Source: Kiritimatiellia bacterium (GTDB taxonomy: Bacteria; Verrucomicrobiota; Kiritimatiellia; RFP12; UBA1067). Taken from it: a DNA stretch of 64,000 bases. Under the pieces are notes generated by a model. It saw only the letters and a program-made list of their open reading frames with translations, was not told the origin of the DNA and made no database searches. Both the position numbers and the translations under genes were made by a program. The DNA lies in contig JAZRWB010000075.1 in NCBI GenBank assembly GCA_045599445.1, positions 4,697-68,696 on the forward strand, written 5' to 3'. Positions 47,758 through 57,490 of the stretch are shown here, one piece after another. The first letter of the stretch is position 1, and every line of letters begins with the position of its first letter.

Positions 47758-48707
47758 AAAAGATTAAGGTAAAGTTTATCGACTACTACGGGCTAGACCC
47801 GAAGGGTTTGCTGATTTACCAAATCTTGACGAAATTCTACGAAGTCGAGCTTTCGGAGAAGCCCGACTATGTAATCGATGGTGGACTGGGGCGCGAATAC
47901 GTTAATTACGATTGCGTGAAGCTGATTGTAATCGGCGAAAGTTATGTTCCCGATTTCAACGAGTTCGATTATGCCATAGGTTTCGACCATTTGCAGTTCG
48001 GAGACCGATATTTGCGTTTTCCGCTATACGCAATGTACGGCCAATATCGTCAGCTCGCCGAAACTCCGTTGTCGGGCGTCGACCCCAAGCTCCTGCTCAA
48101 TCGTGGATTTTGCAGCTTCGTCGTGTCCAATGACGAGGGCGATCCGATGCGAGTAGAGTTTTTCAAACGGCTCTCCAAGTATAGGCCAGTCGCCTCGGGC
48201 GGCAAGCTTTTCAATAATGTCGGTGGGCGAGTGCCCGACAAGATGGCGTTTATCGCTAAATATAAGTTCAATATTGCCTTCGAAAACTCGTGCGTCCCCG
48301 GATACACGACTGAAAAGGTGATGGAGCCGATGGCGGCGCGTAGCTTACCGATTTACTACGGTAACCCGCTTATTGCCGAGGACTTTAATCCATCGGCGAT
48401 GGTGCACGTCGCTTCGCGCGACGATATGGAGAGGGCGATCGAAGAGATTGTCGCGCTCGACAAGGACGACGACGCCTACTTGAAGCGGCTTTCCGCGCCG
48501 GCGATTGTCCATCCGTACGCATGGCACGAGGCGCGATTGACGGAGTTTTTGCGCCACATCTTCGATCAGCCGCTCGAAAAGGCGAAGCGGCTCAATGACT
48601 ATGGCTATCAAATAAACATTCGACGTCGGCTTCATCGACTCTGGAATATGTACGAGTGGACGAGCCCAGCGAGGATTATCAAACGCATAAAGCGGAAATT
48701 TAAGTGA
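47754..48707 (+). CDS. Family 10 glycosyltransferase (alpha-1,3/4-fucosyltransferase-like)
   Basis: 'KYKFNIAFENSCVPGYTTEKVMEPMAARSLPIYYGNPLIAEDFNP.AMV' closely parallels the H. pylori FutA/FucT core ('YKFNLCFENS...GYVTEK..DAYF..TIPIYWG.P.V..DFNP'). GTG start in a GTGA overlap. Confidence 0.85.
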   Translation: MKKIKVKFIDYYGLDPKGLLIYQILTKFYEVELSEKPDYVIDGGLGREYVNYDCVKLIVIGESYVPDFNEFDYAIGFDHLQFGDRYLRFPLYAMYGQYRQLAETPLSGVDPKLLLNRGFCSFVVSNDEGDPMRVEFFKRLSKYRPVASGGKLFNNVGGRVPDKMAFIAKYKFNIAFENSCVPGYTTEKVMEPMAARSLPIYYGNPLIAEDFNPSAMVHVASRDDMERAIEEIVALDKDDDAYLKRLSAPAIVHPYAWHEARLTEFLRHIFDQPLEKAKRLNDYGYQINIRRRLHRLWNMYEWTSPARIIKRIKRKFK

Positions 48708-49627
48708 AAGTATCGATAATAATTCCCGTTTATAATGTCGAGCGATATCTCGCCCGGTGTTTGGATTCGGTTATCGACGCTTCCCGAAAATTGCTTATTC
48801 GGGACGCCAAGTATTCGGTCGAGATAATTTGTGTTAACGATGGCTCGACCGACGGCTCAACAAAGATTCTTTCTAAGTATGCCGATAAAGTTAAAATCAT
48901 TGAAAAACCTAATGGCGGGCTTGGTTCGGCGCGTAATGCGGGGCTGGACATTGCAACTGGCGACTACATAATGTTTGTCGATTCCGACGACTTTATTGCG
49001 CGCGATGCGCTTGTTAAGTTTGTGGTTGCTGCAGAGTCATCCAATGCGCCGATAGTGGTTTCGACTTCATTCGCGAAAGATACGCTCGACAGTAGGCGTG
49101 GCCGCTTGCCGGTCGGAGATTGGAAACTTCGCCCTGCGAAATGGATTGCCGGAAAGAAGGTGCAGTATTCGGCATGGAATAAGCTTTATAAGGCAGAACT
49201 TTTTAAAGCTCGTCGTTATCCAACGACAATCTACGAGGATTTCCCTGTTACTACTGGGATTTTCTGTGATATTAATTATTTTGCGGCGATTGACGAGCCG
49301 CTTTATATTTATTGTACCAACGATGGCGCCTCATCTCTCGTGCGTTCTCCGCTAACCAAACGTAAAGTCACCGACTCGCTTACCGTAATTCGTATGGTAC
49401 TTGAGTATGTAGAGGGTATGAGTATGCAAAAGCTCAAGTTTGCTCGTCATCAAGCAGCCGATGGGCTTTCATCAACCATTGGTCAGGTTTATAAAGCAAA
49501 GAATGTCGAACTTACAAAGTATTTCCTCGGCGAGCTCGAAAAATTCTTTGACCAATATCCCGAAATGCATAATTTGATTTCACTCAAGGCCAAAGTTCGA
49601 CTTTGGATAATGGCTCGAGACTCTTGA
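48704..49627 (+). CDS. Family 2 glycosyltransferase
   Basis: 'KVSIIIPVYNVERYLARCLDSV', 'NDGSTDGS', 'FVDSDDFI'. Confidence 0.85.
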   Translation: MKVSIIIPVYNVERYLARCLDSVIDASRKLLIRDAKYSVEIICVNDGSTDGSTKILSKYADKVKIIEKPNGGLGSARNAGLDIATGDYIMFVDSDDFIARDALVKFVVAAESSNAPIVVSTSFAKDTLDSRRGRLPVGDWKLRPAKWIAGKKVQYSAWNKLYKAELFKARRYPTTIYEDFPVTTGIFCDINYFAAIDEPLYIYCTNDGASSLVRSPLTKRKVTDSLTVIRMVLEYVEGMSMQKLKFARHQAADGLSSTIGQVYKAKNVELTKYFLGELEKFFDQYPEMHNLISLKAKVRLWIMARDS

Positions 49628-49685
49628 AAAGGTGCGGTAAACGATATTGCGAGACTCTTGAAAAGGTGCGATGGTAAATGATATA
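49616..49685 (+). repeat. About 34-bp tandem duplication spanning the GT2 stop codon and the next promoter
   Basis: CGAGACTCTTGAAAAGGTGCG occurs at 49616-49636 and again at 49650-49670. Each copy is followed by GGTAAA(C/T)GATAT. Only the second copy ends in an intact TGaTATAAT. Confidence 0.9.
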
Positions 49686-49687
49686 AT
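49679..49687 (+). promoter_or_regulatory. Extended -10 promoter element TGaTATAAT (DUF4143 ATPase gene)
   Basis: ATG 49694 begins 6 nt after the -10 (leaderless). It lies in the second copy of the 34-bp duplication. Confidence 0.45.
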
Positions 49688-49693
49688 TCAAAT

Positions 49694-51061
49694 ATGAAAC
49701 GCAAAATATATGAAAAACTTTTACAATGGAAAAACACCAGTAATGGTGAAACGGCACTTTTAATTGATGGAGCACGGCGAGTTGGCAAGAGTTATATTGT
49801 GGAAGAATTTGCAAGAAATGAGTATAAGAGTTATGTAATTGTCGATTTTAGTAAGGTTCAATCAGAATTAAAGCGAGTTTTTAATGAATATTTAAATGAT
49901 ATTGATACATTTTTCTTTTATTTTGAACGTTTGACGAAAGCTAAACTTATACGAGGCAATGCGTTAGTTGTATTTGATGAAGTTCAAAAATTCCCTCGAG
50001 CACGTGAGGCAATTAAGCATCTTGTTAAAGATGGACGTTACCATTATATTGAAACTGGCTCACTGATTTCAATTAATAAAAATGTGAAGGATATTCTAAT
50101 TCCAAGTGAAGAACGTAGGATTCAGATGTATCCTATGGATTTTGAGGAATTTCTCTGGGCTCTTGGAGATGAAGCGACTATGCCACTTTTGCGTGATTGT
50201 TTTACCAAGCATCGTCCGTTGGAAGCGAAAACGCATCGCCAAATTATGGATATTTTTAGGCAATATATGGTTATTGGAGGGATGCCACAAGCGGTAGAGA
50301 AGTTTGTTGCGACGCACAGTCTTGAGTTGGTTGATGCAATAAAGCGTGATATTATTTCGCTTTATCGTGCAGATATTCTTAAGTATTCTGGCGTGCTTAA
50401 GCATAAGGTATTGTCAGTATTTAATGCAATCCCATCTCAACTTTCTAAGCATGAGAAGAAAGTGACTTTATCAGAAATTCGGCGCAACGCAAAAATGCGA
50501 GATTTTGACTCTACGTTTGAGTGGTTAGATGCAGCGATGACGGTTAATGTGTGCTATAATACTACTGAACCAAATATTGGGCTTGAGCTCAATGTGGATC
50601 GTAGTTCATTAAAATGTTATATGGGTGATACTGGATTGCTTGTTAGTCTTGCATTTGGCGAGAGTGAATTGGCAACAAAATCAATTCATGATCGCCTTTT
50701 GACAGGCGATATTGAACTTAATGAAGGTATGATAGTGGAGAATGTTGTTGCTCAGATGATTCGTGCGGCTGGGCATAAATTGTATTTTTACTCAAAATCA
50801 AGCCGCGACGAGGTCAAGGATAGAATGGAAATAGATTTTCTGCTATCAAAATCTATTACTGAACGCACAAATAATATTTCACCAATTGAAGTAAAGAGCG
50901 GACGATCGTATTCAACTCAATCGTTAACGAAGTTTAAAACCAAGTTTGACCGATATCTTGATCATTCGTATGTTCTTCATGTGAAGGATCTTAGGGTTGG
51001 TGATGATGGAACTATGTGTCTTCCGCTTTATATGGCACCGCTTTTAGTTGAACGTATATGA
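49694..51061 (+). CDS. AAA-family ATPase with DUF4143-type C-terminal domain (AAA_14/DUF4143 architecture)
   Basis: 'ALLIDGARRVGKSY' Walker A, 'VVFDEVQ' Walker B, and the typical 'IETGS' block. The C-terminal region has 'YFY' ... 'EIDFLL' ... 'IEVK', a restriction-endonuclease-like pattern. Very low GC. Confidence 0.75.
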   Translation: MKRKIYEKLLQWKNTSNGETALLIDGARRVGKSYIVEEFARNEYKSYVIVDFSKVQSELKRVFNEYLNDIDTFFFYFERLTKAKLIRGNALVVFDEVQKFPRAREAIKHLVKDGRYHYIETGSLISINKNVKDILIPSEERRIQMYPMDFEEFLWALGDEATMPLLRDCFTKHRPLEAKTHRQIMDIFRQYMVIGGMPQAVEKFVATHSLELVDAIKRDIISLYRADILKYSGVLKHKVLSVFNAIPSQLSKHEKKVTLSEIRRNAKMRDFDSTFEWLDAAMTVNVCYNTTEPNIGLELNVDRSSLKCYMGDTGLLVSLAFGESELATKSIHDRLLTGDIELNEGMIVENVVAQMIRAAGHKLYFYSKSSRDEVKDRMEIDFLLSKSITERTNNISPIEVKSGRSYSTQSLTKFKTKFDRYLDHSYVLHVKDLRVGDDGTMCLPLYMAPLLVERI

Positions 51062-52065
51062 CAATTCCTATCGTTCATTGCTTCGATCATAATTACGTTT
51101 TACCAGCGGCGGTTGCGTTTCAGACGCTACTCGAAAACGCCAAGACGCCGAATGCGAGCTACGAGCTTTACGTCATCGGCTCTGGAATTACCGATGCGGA
51201 CAAGGCGCTGCTTTCCAAGGTCGTAGCCAAGTTCCCCAACGGAAGATTGACGTTTCGCGAGCCGCCGAAGAATCCCGTTCCCGAAGGCGGGATATCCAAG
51301 AAGGGCCATTATTCCGCAGATTTGTACTACAAGTTGATGCTGCCAGATTTATTCCTGGAATTGGACAAAGCGATTGTTGCGGATGTGGATGTGGTTTACG
51401 AGGATGACATTGCCAAGGCGCTTGAGCTCTTTGAGGCGGATGGGAAGGCACTGGTCGGCGGCGTGTGGGATCTTGGATATGCGGCATACCACAAGGCGGG
51501 ATTGTTTCCGACTGGCAAGCCGCTTATCAAGAGGTATCTTCGCAAATATTCACCAAGCGAGGTGGATGCGCTGAGGATTGGCGCGGGATTGCTCGTTTAC
51601 GATATGCGCCGATTGCGGGAGGATGGTATGGCCCGCGAATGGATGAATTTTGCCGTTAAAAATTCGTATCGGGCGATATTGCCCGAACAGGAGGCGATAA
51701 ATCTCGTTTGTGGTGATAAGCTTATGATGCTTCCGCTTAACTTTATGGCAATTGCCGAGCATGCGGCGGCTTTTGATGAAATGACTGAGGATGAGCGCAG
51801 ACGTAATTCTGCATGGAATGAAATGTATGCGCGACCAGTTCAAATGCACTACGCTTCCGCGACCAAACCGTGGAAAGACCCCGGATCGTCGCGCGCCGAT
51901 TTATGGTTTGCCGCCTGTGCGCGTGCTGGGCTTATTGAAGAATGGAGAGCGTGGTATGCAAAGTACTCGCGTCCCATCGTCGAGTTGATGGAAGCAAAAC
52001 GATTGCTAAGTATCTCTTGCTCTATCGGCAAGCGCATTTTCAATTTGCAATTGACGAAGCGATGA
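51058..52065 (+). CDS. Family 8 glycosyltransferase
   Basis: 'IPIVHCFDHNYVLPAAVAFQTLL', 'ADVDVV' (DxD), 'GAGLLVYDM', 'PEQEAINL', 'HYASATKPW'. Confidence 0.8.
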   Translation: MTIPIVHCFDHNYVLPAAVAFQTLLENAKTPNASYELYVIGSGITDADKALLSKVVAKFPNGRLTFREPPKNPVPEGGISKKGHYSADLYYKLMLPDLFLELDKAIVADVDVVYEDDIAKALELFEADGKALVGGVWDLGYAAYHKAGLFPTGKPLIKRYLRKYSPSEVDALRIGAGLLVYDMRRLREDGMAREWMNFAVKNSYRAILPEQEAINLVCGDKLMMLPLNFMAIAEHAAAFDEMTEDERRRNSAWNEMYARPVQMHYASATKPWKDPGSSRADLWFAACARAGLIEEWRAWYAKYSRPIVELMEAKRLLSISCSIGKRIFNLQLTKR

Positions 52066-52991
52066 TACCCAAGGTCACTATTGCCACGGCCGCTTATAAT
52101 GTACTTTCAAGTTGTGGCTTGGAGGCGATGGAAGAGAGCGTGCGAAGCGTTGCCGCGTTGCCAGTTGAGCATGAGCATATTATTTATGATGGCGCTTCGA
52201 CGGATGGAACGCTTGAGGCGCTACGCAAGTTGGGGAAAGAGATTTCTACTTTAAGGATAGTATCGGAAAAGGATTCGGGAATTTATGATGCGTTAAATAA
52301 GTGCCTACGTGATGCGCGGGGCGATTATTTTTATGTACTAGGGATGGATGATCGGATTATTGATGGTGAAGCGTTTTGTGAATGTGTGACCAAGGCGCTT
52401 AGGAACAAGGCGGACATGTTGATTGCAAAAGTCGTGATGCAAGATAAGCGTGATGTTCGCCCGGCGACCATGTTTGGAAGCTATCGCCACGCACGGATGC
52501 ACAGCTACAGTCATCAAGGAGTGATGGTGAGGACGGCTTTGCTGAAGGAATATCCTTTTGATCAGAGTTATCGCATTACGGCGGACTATAAGCAACTGCT
52601 TACCCTTAATTGGAATGGGGTAAGAGTTCGTATGCTTAATAAGAAGATCGCATATTGTTCTCAAGCCGGTGTATCGTCTATGGTAACTGAAAGGTGCGCT
52701 GAAGAGACCATTAGGGTGCAAAAAGAAGTATATTCATTAACCGATATAGAGATAAAGAAGTTTTTGGATAGTGGATTTTTGCCATTCAGGGTAGTTGCGC
52801 ATCTTTTGTTTGTCGGCGGTGTTTTTTCGCTTTTCATGGGATTGTCCATATTGGGTTCCTATATTTGGCGTAAGCATAAGACGAATTTGCATAGTAAATA
52901 TTATTTATTTAATTTGTTGATTTATCAACATTTGAAGAAGTCAGCTCGTGCTGATAAAACGAAAGGGAAACTGTGTCAAAATATTGGTTAG
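52062..52991 (+). CDS. Family 2 glycosyltransferase with C-terminal TM segment
   Basis: 'VTIATAAYNV', 'IIYDGASTDGT', 'LGMDDRI', and a hydrophobic tail 'VVAHLLFVGGVFSLFMGLSILG'. ATG 52062 is in an ATGA overlap. Confidence 0.7.
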   Translation: MIPKVTIATAAYNVLSSCGLEAMEESVRSVAALPVEHEHIIYDGASTDGTLEALRKLGKEISTLRIVSEKDSGIYDALNKCLRDARGDYFYVLGMDDRIIDGEAFCECVTKALRNKADMLIAKVVMQDKRDVRPATMFGSYRHARMHSYSHQGVMVRTALLKEYPFDQSYRITADYKQLLTLNWNGVRVRMLNKKIAYCSQAGVSSMVTERCAEETIRVQKEVYSLTDIEIKKFLDSGFLPFRVVAHLLFVGGVFSLFMGLSILGSYIWRKHKTNLHSKYYLFNLLIYQHLKKSARADKTKGKLCQNIG

Positions 52992-53977
52992 TATCATTTG
53001 CTGATTCTCGGATGCAAGGCGCATTAAATCGGCTAAGAGCTCAAGCCGATGGGGTTAATATATTTGGAGATAGGATTTGCTTATTTACTGAGAACGATTT
53101 AGACCCACAATTTAAAAAACAAATGGCCAATCGCCTTATTCTTGGTTCGCGTGGGTATGGTTATTGGTGCTGGCGTCCACAAATTATACTGCAGATGTTT
53201 GAGAAGATGGACGATGGCGACGTTTTATTATTTGTAGATGCTGGGTGTCACATTAGAAAGGAAGGAGCTACTCGTATACGTCAGTATCTTGAGTTTGCAG
53301 CGAAATATGGGATTTTAGCATTTTCGTATAAGCCATTGGATGAAACGGAGGCAAAGGATATATCAACGCATTTTTTTGTTGAAGGTGAATGGTGTAAAGG
53401 AGATGTCTTAGATTATTTTGGTGTACGAAATCGTGAGGATATAGTTCAAAGTGGGCAAACTTGCGGTGGTGTTTTTTGCGCGAAAAAAGATGTTTCGGTT
53501 ATTGATTTTTTTAAGCGAATTAAAAACATTGCGGTCAATCATTATAATCTTATCGACGATAGTCCATCTATTTCTGCTAATTTGCCTATATTCAAAGCAC
53601 ATAGGAATGATCAATCAATCTTCTCTATTATGGTGAAATTGGCTGGATACCCAACTATTTCTGCAGGAGAAACTGATCGTATAGGAATATGTGCCAATCG
53701 AGAAGGGAATGATTGGCCGAAGACATGGGATGATGTGATTAACTTGCCAGTTAACCCTGGAATACTGGCAAAAAGAGATCTTGGTGTTTATAAGTTATTT
53801 TTTAGGAAGAAGGTTCGCCTTTTTAAAACAATAATATTTTTTAAGTTTAAATTATATGGCGAGAGAGGATGGAAGTGTGATGAAAAACAGTTGCTTTCGG
53901 TATGGTGTAGCCCGATTGTACATTTTCGTAGGCGCAATACTTTATATGTTTTTGGTAAAGAAATTGAGACAAGATAG
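52973..53977 (+). CDS. Hypothetical protein, possibly a glycosyltransferase
   Basis: 'YWLVSFADSR', 'GYGYWCWRPQIIL', 'LLFVDAGC' is reminiscent of small nucleotide-sugar transferases, but I cannot name the family. The sequence is AT-rich and the start is GTG. Confidence 0.35.
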   Translation: MSKYWLVSFADSRMQGALNRLRAQADGVNIFGDRICLFTENDLDPQFKKQMANRLILGSRGYGYWCWRPQIILQMFEKMDDGDVLLFVDAGCHIRKEGATRIRQYLEFAAKYGILAFSYKPLDETEAKDISTHFFVEGEWCKGDVLDYFGVRNREDIVQSGQTCGGVFCAKKDVSVIDFFKRIKNIAVNHYNLIDDSPSISANLPIFKAHRNDQSIFSIMVKLAGYPTISAGETDRIGICANREGNDWPKTWDDVINLPVNPGILAKRDLGVYKLFFRKKVRLFKTIIFFKFKLYGERGWKCDEKQLLSVWCSPIVHFRRRNTLYVFGKEIETR

Positions 53978-53987
53978 GAAGTATAAT

Positions 53988-54641
53988 ATGAACGTATTTG
54001 AAAAAATTAGAGATGGTGATAAGCGTATAGTGAAGATGTTTGGATTCACCATAATGTCTTACACTCATCGCGAATCGAGCGTTCCGATTTTTATGTCACG
54101 TTCAAATAATGAATTAATTAATATTCCTCGTGGATGTAGAATTGAGATATTTGGAGAGCGCAATCGTGTTGTTTTTAGAGGAAAGGGTGGCGGTACTTTT
54201 TCGGGAACAATTTATATTGGGGATTCAAATTGTTCAACTAATGATTGTTTTGTTGAGATTGGTGATGGCACTGCGGCAAACGGGTGCATAATACGCCTAA
54301 TGGAAGATAATACTAAGCTTGTCATGGGCAATGATTGCATGCTATCGGATAATATACATATATGGGCTTCTGATACTCATACCATTACTGATGCAAGTGG
54401 AAAAATAATTAATTGGGGGAAGTTTGTTGAGATAGGAAGCCATGTATGGATTGGGACTGGTGTTACAATACTCAAAAACACTAAAATCCCATCCGGAACA
54501 ATAGTTGGCGCGCATAGTGTTGTGTCCGGATGTAAAATAAAGGAAGAAAATTGTATTATTGCCGGCAGCCCAGCTAAAGTCGTCAAGACTAATGTAACAT
54601 GGCATCGCGAGCGTCCAAAGCAATATTTACGCGAAGGATAA
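53988..54641 (+). CDS. Hexapeptide-repeat (left-handed beta-helix) acetyltransferase
   Basis: 'VMGNDCMLSDNIHIWASDTHTI', 'VEIGSHVWIGTGVTILKNTKIPSGTIVGAHSVVSG'. I preferred ATG 53988 to the track start 53856, which would overlap the previous gene. Confidence 0.75.
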   Translation: MNVFEKIRDGDKRIVKMFGFTIMSYTHRESSVPIFMSRSNNELINIPRGCRIEIFGERNRVVFRGKGGGTFSGTIYIGDSNCSTNDCFVEIGDGTAANGCIIRLMEDNTKLVMGNDCMLSDNIHIWASDTHTITDASGKIINWGKFVEIGSHVWIGTGVTILKNTKIPSGTIVGAHSVVSGCKIKEENCIIAGSPAKVVKTNVTWHRERPKQYLREG

Positions 54642-54662
54642 ATTAAATGGAGAAATATAGAT

Positions 54663-55694
54663 ATGGAAATTTCAGTCATAATGCCAGTATACAAGGTGGA
54701 GAAATATCTTCGCCAAGCAATTGATTCGGTTTTAGCGCAAACCTTTAAGGATTTTGAGCTAATTATTGTTGATGATGGCTCTCCTGATGGTTGCCCAGCA
54801 ATTTGCGATGAATATGCCAAAAAGGACTCAAGGATTAAAGTTATCCATAAAGAAAATGGAGGATCATCTTCAGCACGTAATGCAGGACTTGATATTGCTA
54901 AGGGTAAGTGGATTGCGTTTATTGATAGTGATGATCAGTATAGGCCCGAGATGCTTATGAAGATGTGGACATTGGGTGGGCAAGATGATGAAATCGATTA
55001 TGTGCATTGTAGTATCGAAATGGTATCTAATGGTTTTCCTATAACAAAAGAAGATATAGAGTACAATACTCAACCATTTGATGACATTCGTTCATTAACA
55101 AACGAGATAATTTTATCATCCGATTGCTCTACATGTAATAAATTGTTTCGCGCAGATATAGTTAATTCATTTAAATTGCGTTTTCCTGAAGGTTTGCGAT
55201 TTGAGGACTTTTTCTTTTATAATGCATTTACAATAATTGCTCGCAAAGTTGGATTTATATCTGATAGGCTGTATGTGTACAGGCGACGCCCGAATGCAAA
55301 TGTGACGCAGATGATGGGCAATGATGTTAATGTTTCGCATATATTTGATCCTATTATCATATGGCGCACATTGGTGGATTTCTTGAAAAGGTGTGAAAGA
55401 TTGCAAGGACAGCAACATGTGGTGTTTCAATTACTTATGCAGTGTATTAGTATTTCAAATCTTGATGTTCCAAAAGCAGTAGGAATTTGTGCAGCAAAAG
55501 GGTTGCTTTCGTATGCTAATCTTAATCCGCGAGATTTTACATTTGGTGAAAAAGCTAATCTGTTTTGGTGGCGTCATGGTAAGCCAGGTGGTGGATCCAT
55601 TAAATATCTTGGCGGATTAATTAAATTACAATTGAGAGAGCGAAAGATTAATGTACGGCTTTTTGGCATCAGAATTTTTACAGTTAATATTTGA
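54663..55694 (+). CDS. Family 2 glycosyltransferase
   Basis: 'ISVIMPVYKVEKYLRQAIDSVLAQTFKDFELIIVDDGSPDG', 'RNAGL', 'FIDSDDQ'. Confidence 0.88.
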   Translation: MEISVIMPVYKVEKYLRQAIDSVLAQTFKDFELIIVDDGSPDGCPAICDEYAKKDSRIKVIHKENGGSSSARNAGLDIAKGKWIAFIDSDDQYRPEMLMKMWTLGGQDDEIDYVHCSIEMVSNGFPITKEDIEYNTQPFDDIRSLTNEIILSSDCSTCNKLFRADIVNSFKLRFPEGLRFEDFFFYNAFTIIARKVGFISDRLYVYRRRPNANVTQMMGNDVNVSHIFDPIIIWRTLVDFLKRCERLQGQQHVVFQLLMQCISISNLDVPKAVGICAAKGLLSYANLNPRDFTFGEKANLFWWRHGKPGGGSIKYLGGLIKLQLRERKINVRLFGIRIFTVNI

Positions 55695-55699
55695 TTAAG

Positions 55700-57481
55700 A
55701 TGAAGTATATGAAAACTTTTTTCTGGATTTCTATCTCGGCGTTAGCTTACATATTGCTTACGGTGCTAGTTTGGTATCCGTTGATGATTTTTTCATTGGA
55801 ATGTGATTTATTTGATACATCGGTTAATGCAATTTTTTGGAGTGGAATACTTTATGCCGCATTGGTAATTGGTATATTTACTCTTTGTTGGTGGTTTTTA
55901 TTGCGTAACCGTGCATCGGTTTGGATTGCATCATTTCTTTGCTTTTGCGGTATTATTGTGTATTTTTATCTTTTTATCTGCCCTGTAAATACTGGTACTT
56001 TGCAAGGCGCTGAATTAATGAATGCTGATGCAATTAGTCGTAGTGTACTGGAGAAAATCGTTGAGATAGCATTACTGGCTGGATTGTTTTGTATTTGTAG
56101 ATTGTTAATAAATAGATTTAGCTTTTGGTGTTTTGTTGCCGCTTTTTCTGTACTTAATTTGTTAGCTGCGATTCAAGCAATAGCTGCGATTGCCAATCAA
56201 CATAGATGCGATGATTGCGAGACAGTATCTGTTAATGATGTTGATTTAACAAAAGAAGGAATTAAACTATCTACGGTACATAACAATGTGTTTGTGTTTT
56301 TATTAGATATGGTCCAAGGCGCGTCATTTAGAAATATATTTGACGACAAAAGTATTGCTTCAGAATTGGATGGTTTTGTTTGGTATTCTAACTGTGCATC
56401 AGTTGCAAACATGACAATACCATCAACATTATCAATTTATGGTGGATATAAATATTCTCCAGGAGAAATTGGACGTCTACCTGGCTCTATAGATGACAAA
56501 TGTGCGCAAGCAATGGGTGAACTGGTGAATGACACTTCATCACTTGGATATGATTTTTCGTATTATTATCGCCGAGCTAATTTGGAATTTAAGAATAAAT
56601 GGATGACATCGTCACCGCTGTTCTCGCAAGAGTTATTGTCTAGGCTATTAGATCAAGAGATATGTACAATAGGGAAATTAAAACTTGATATTTTGCGCTG
56701 TTTTTCTTTGTTTCGCGCAGCTCCACTATTGCTCAAAAAATGGATATATCATCGTGGGTTTTGGAGGTTTTGTGATGAGCCAGATGGATGTGTTTCTTTT
56801 GGACAGGAGCATTCATTTTGTAGAGCGTTACCAATACTTTCCGTGGCACATAGTGGGGGGCGAGGTAATGTCAATTTTTTCCATACGGATATTACCCATA
56901 ACCCATGGGGTGTCCCAGAAAATGGACATTTAGAAAAATGTGATAATGTTAAGATATTATCTTGGACTATGCGACAACTGTGTGCATATTTTAAGTGGAT
57001 GAAGGCAAATGGAGTTTATGATAATACGCGAATTATTATTTGTTCAGATCATGGACTATGTAATATGAAGAATGATGATTTTAATCCTGATACCGATCCT
57101 ATGTTGCATCGAGAGCTTTGGGAACAATTAATAAGTGGGGTAAAAGATAGTAGTTGGCTGGAGGAGCAGAGGATTCAGTCACTTAATGCACTTTTATGTG
57201 TGAAAGATTTTGGTGTAAGATCGTCAATTCGTGAATCTAAAAAATTAATAAGTAATGGTGATATTAGAGAACTGGTGACATGTGACAATGTACAATCATC
57301 GGTTGGTAATATGCCATCGACGCGTAGGGCATATATTTGCGAGCCTCCAAAAGATGGTTCTTGGTTTCATGGTGAACAAAATCACAATCTTAATGCTTTA
57401 GTTGGGTTTGAGATTAGAGATAACATTTATGATTTGAGGAATTGGGTGCGCATTCCAACCTTGGATAGCATAGGAAAGTAA
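55700..57481 (+). CDS. Membrane protein of the alkaline-phosphatase/sulfatase superfamily (second, AT-rich paralogue type)
   Basis: About 5 N-terminal TM helices, then 'NVFVFLLDMVQG' and 'IIICSDHG'. The architecture matches 39888..41492. I preferred ATG 55700 to TTG 55691. Confidence 0.5.
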   Translation: MKYMKTFFWISISALAYILLTVLVWYPLMIFSLECDLFDTSVNAIFWSGILYAALVIGIFTLCWWFLLRNRASVWIASFLCFCGIIVYFYLFICPVNTGTLQGAELMNADAISRSVLEKIVEIALLAGLFCICRLLINRFSFWCFVAAFSVLNLLAAIQAIAAIANQHRCDDCETVSVNDVDLTKEGIKLSTVHNNVFVFLLDMVQGASFRNIFDDKSIASELDGFVWYSNCASVANMTIPSTLSIYGGYKYSPGEIGRLPGSIDDKCAQAMGELVNDTSSLGYDFSYYYRRANLEFKNKWMTSSPLFSQELLSRLLDQEICTIGKLKLDILRCFSLFRAAPLLLKKWIYHRGFWRFCDEPDGCVSFGQEHSFCRALPILSVAHSGGRGNVNFFHTDITHNPWGVPENGHLEKCDNVKILSWTMRQLCAYFKWMKANGVYDNTRIIICSDHGLCNMKNDDFNPDTDPMLHRELWEQLISGVKDSSWLEEQRIQSLNALLCVKDFGVRSSIRESKKLISNGDIRELVTCDNVQSSVGNMPSTRRAYICEPPKDGSWFHGEQNHNLNALVGFEIRDNIYDLRNWVRIPTLDSIGK

Positions 57482-57490
57482 GATGTTAAA

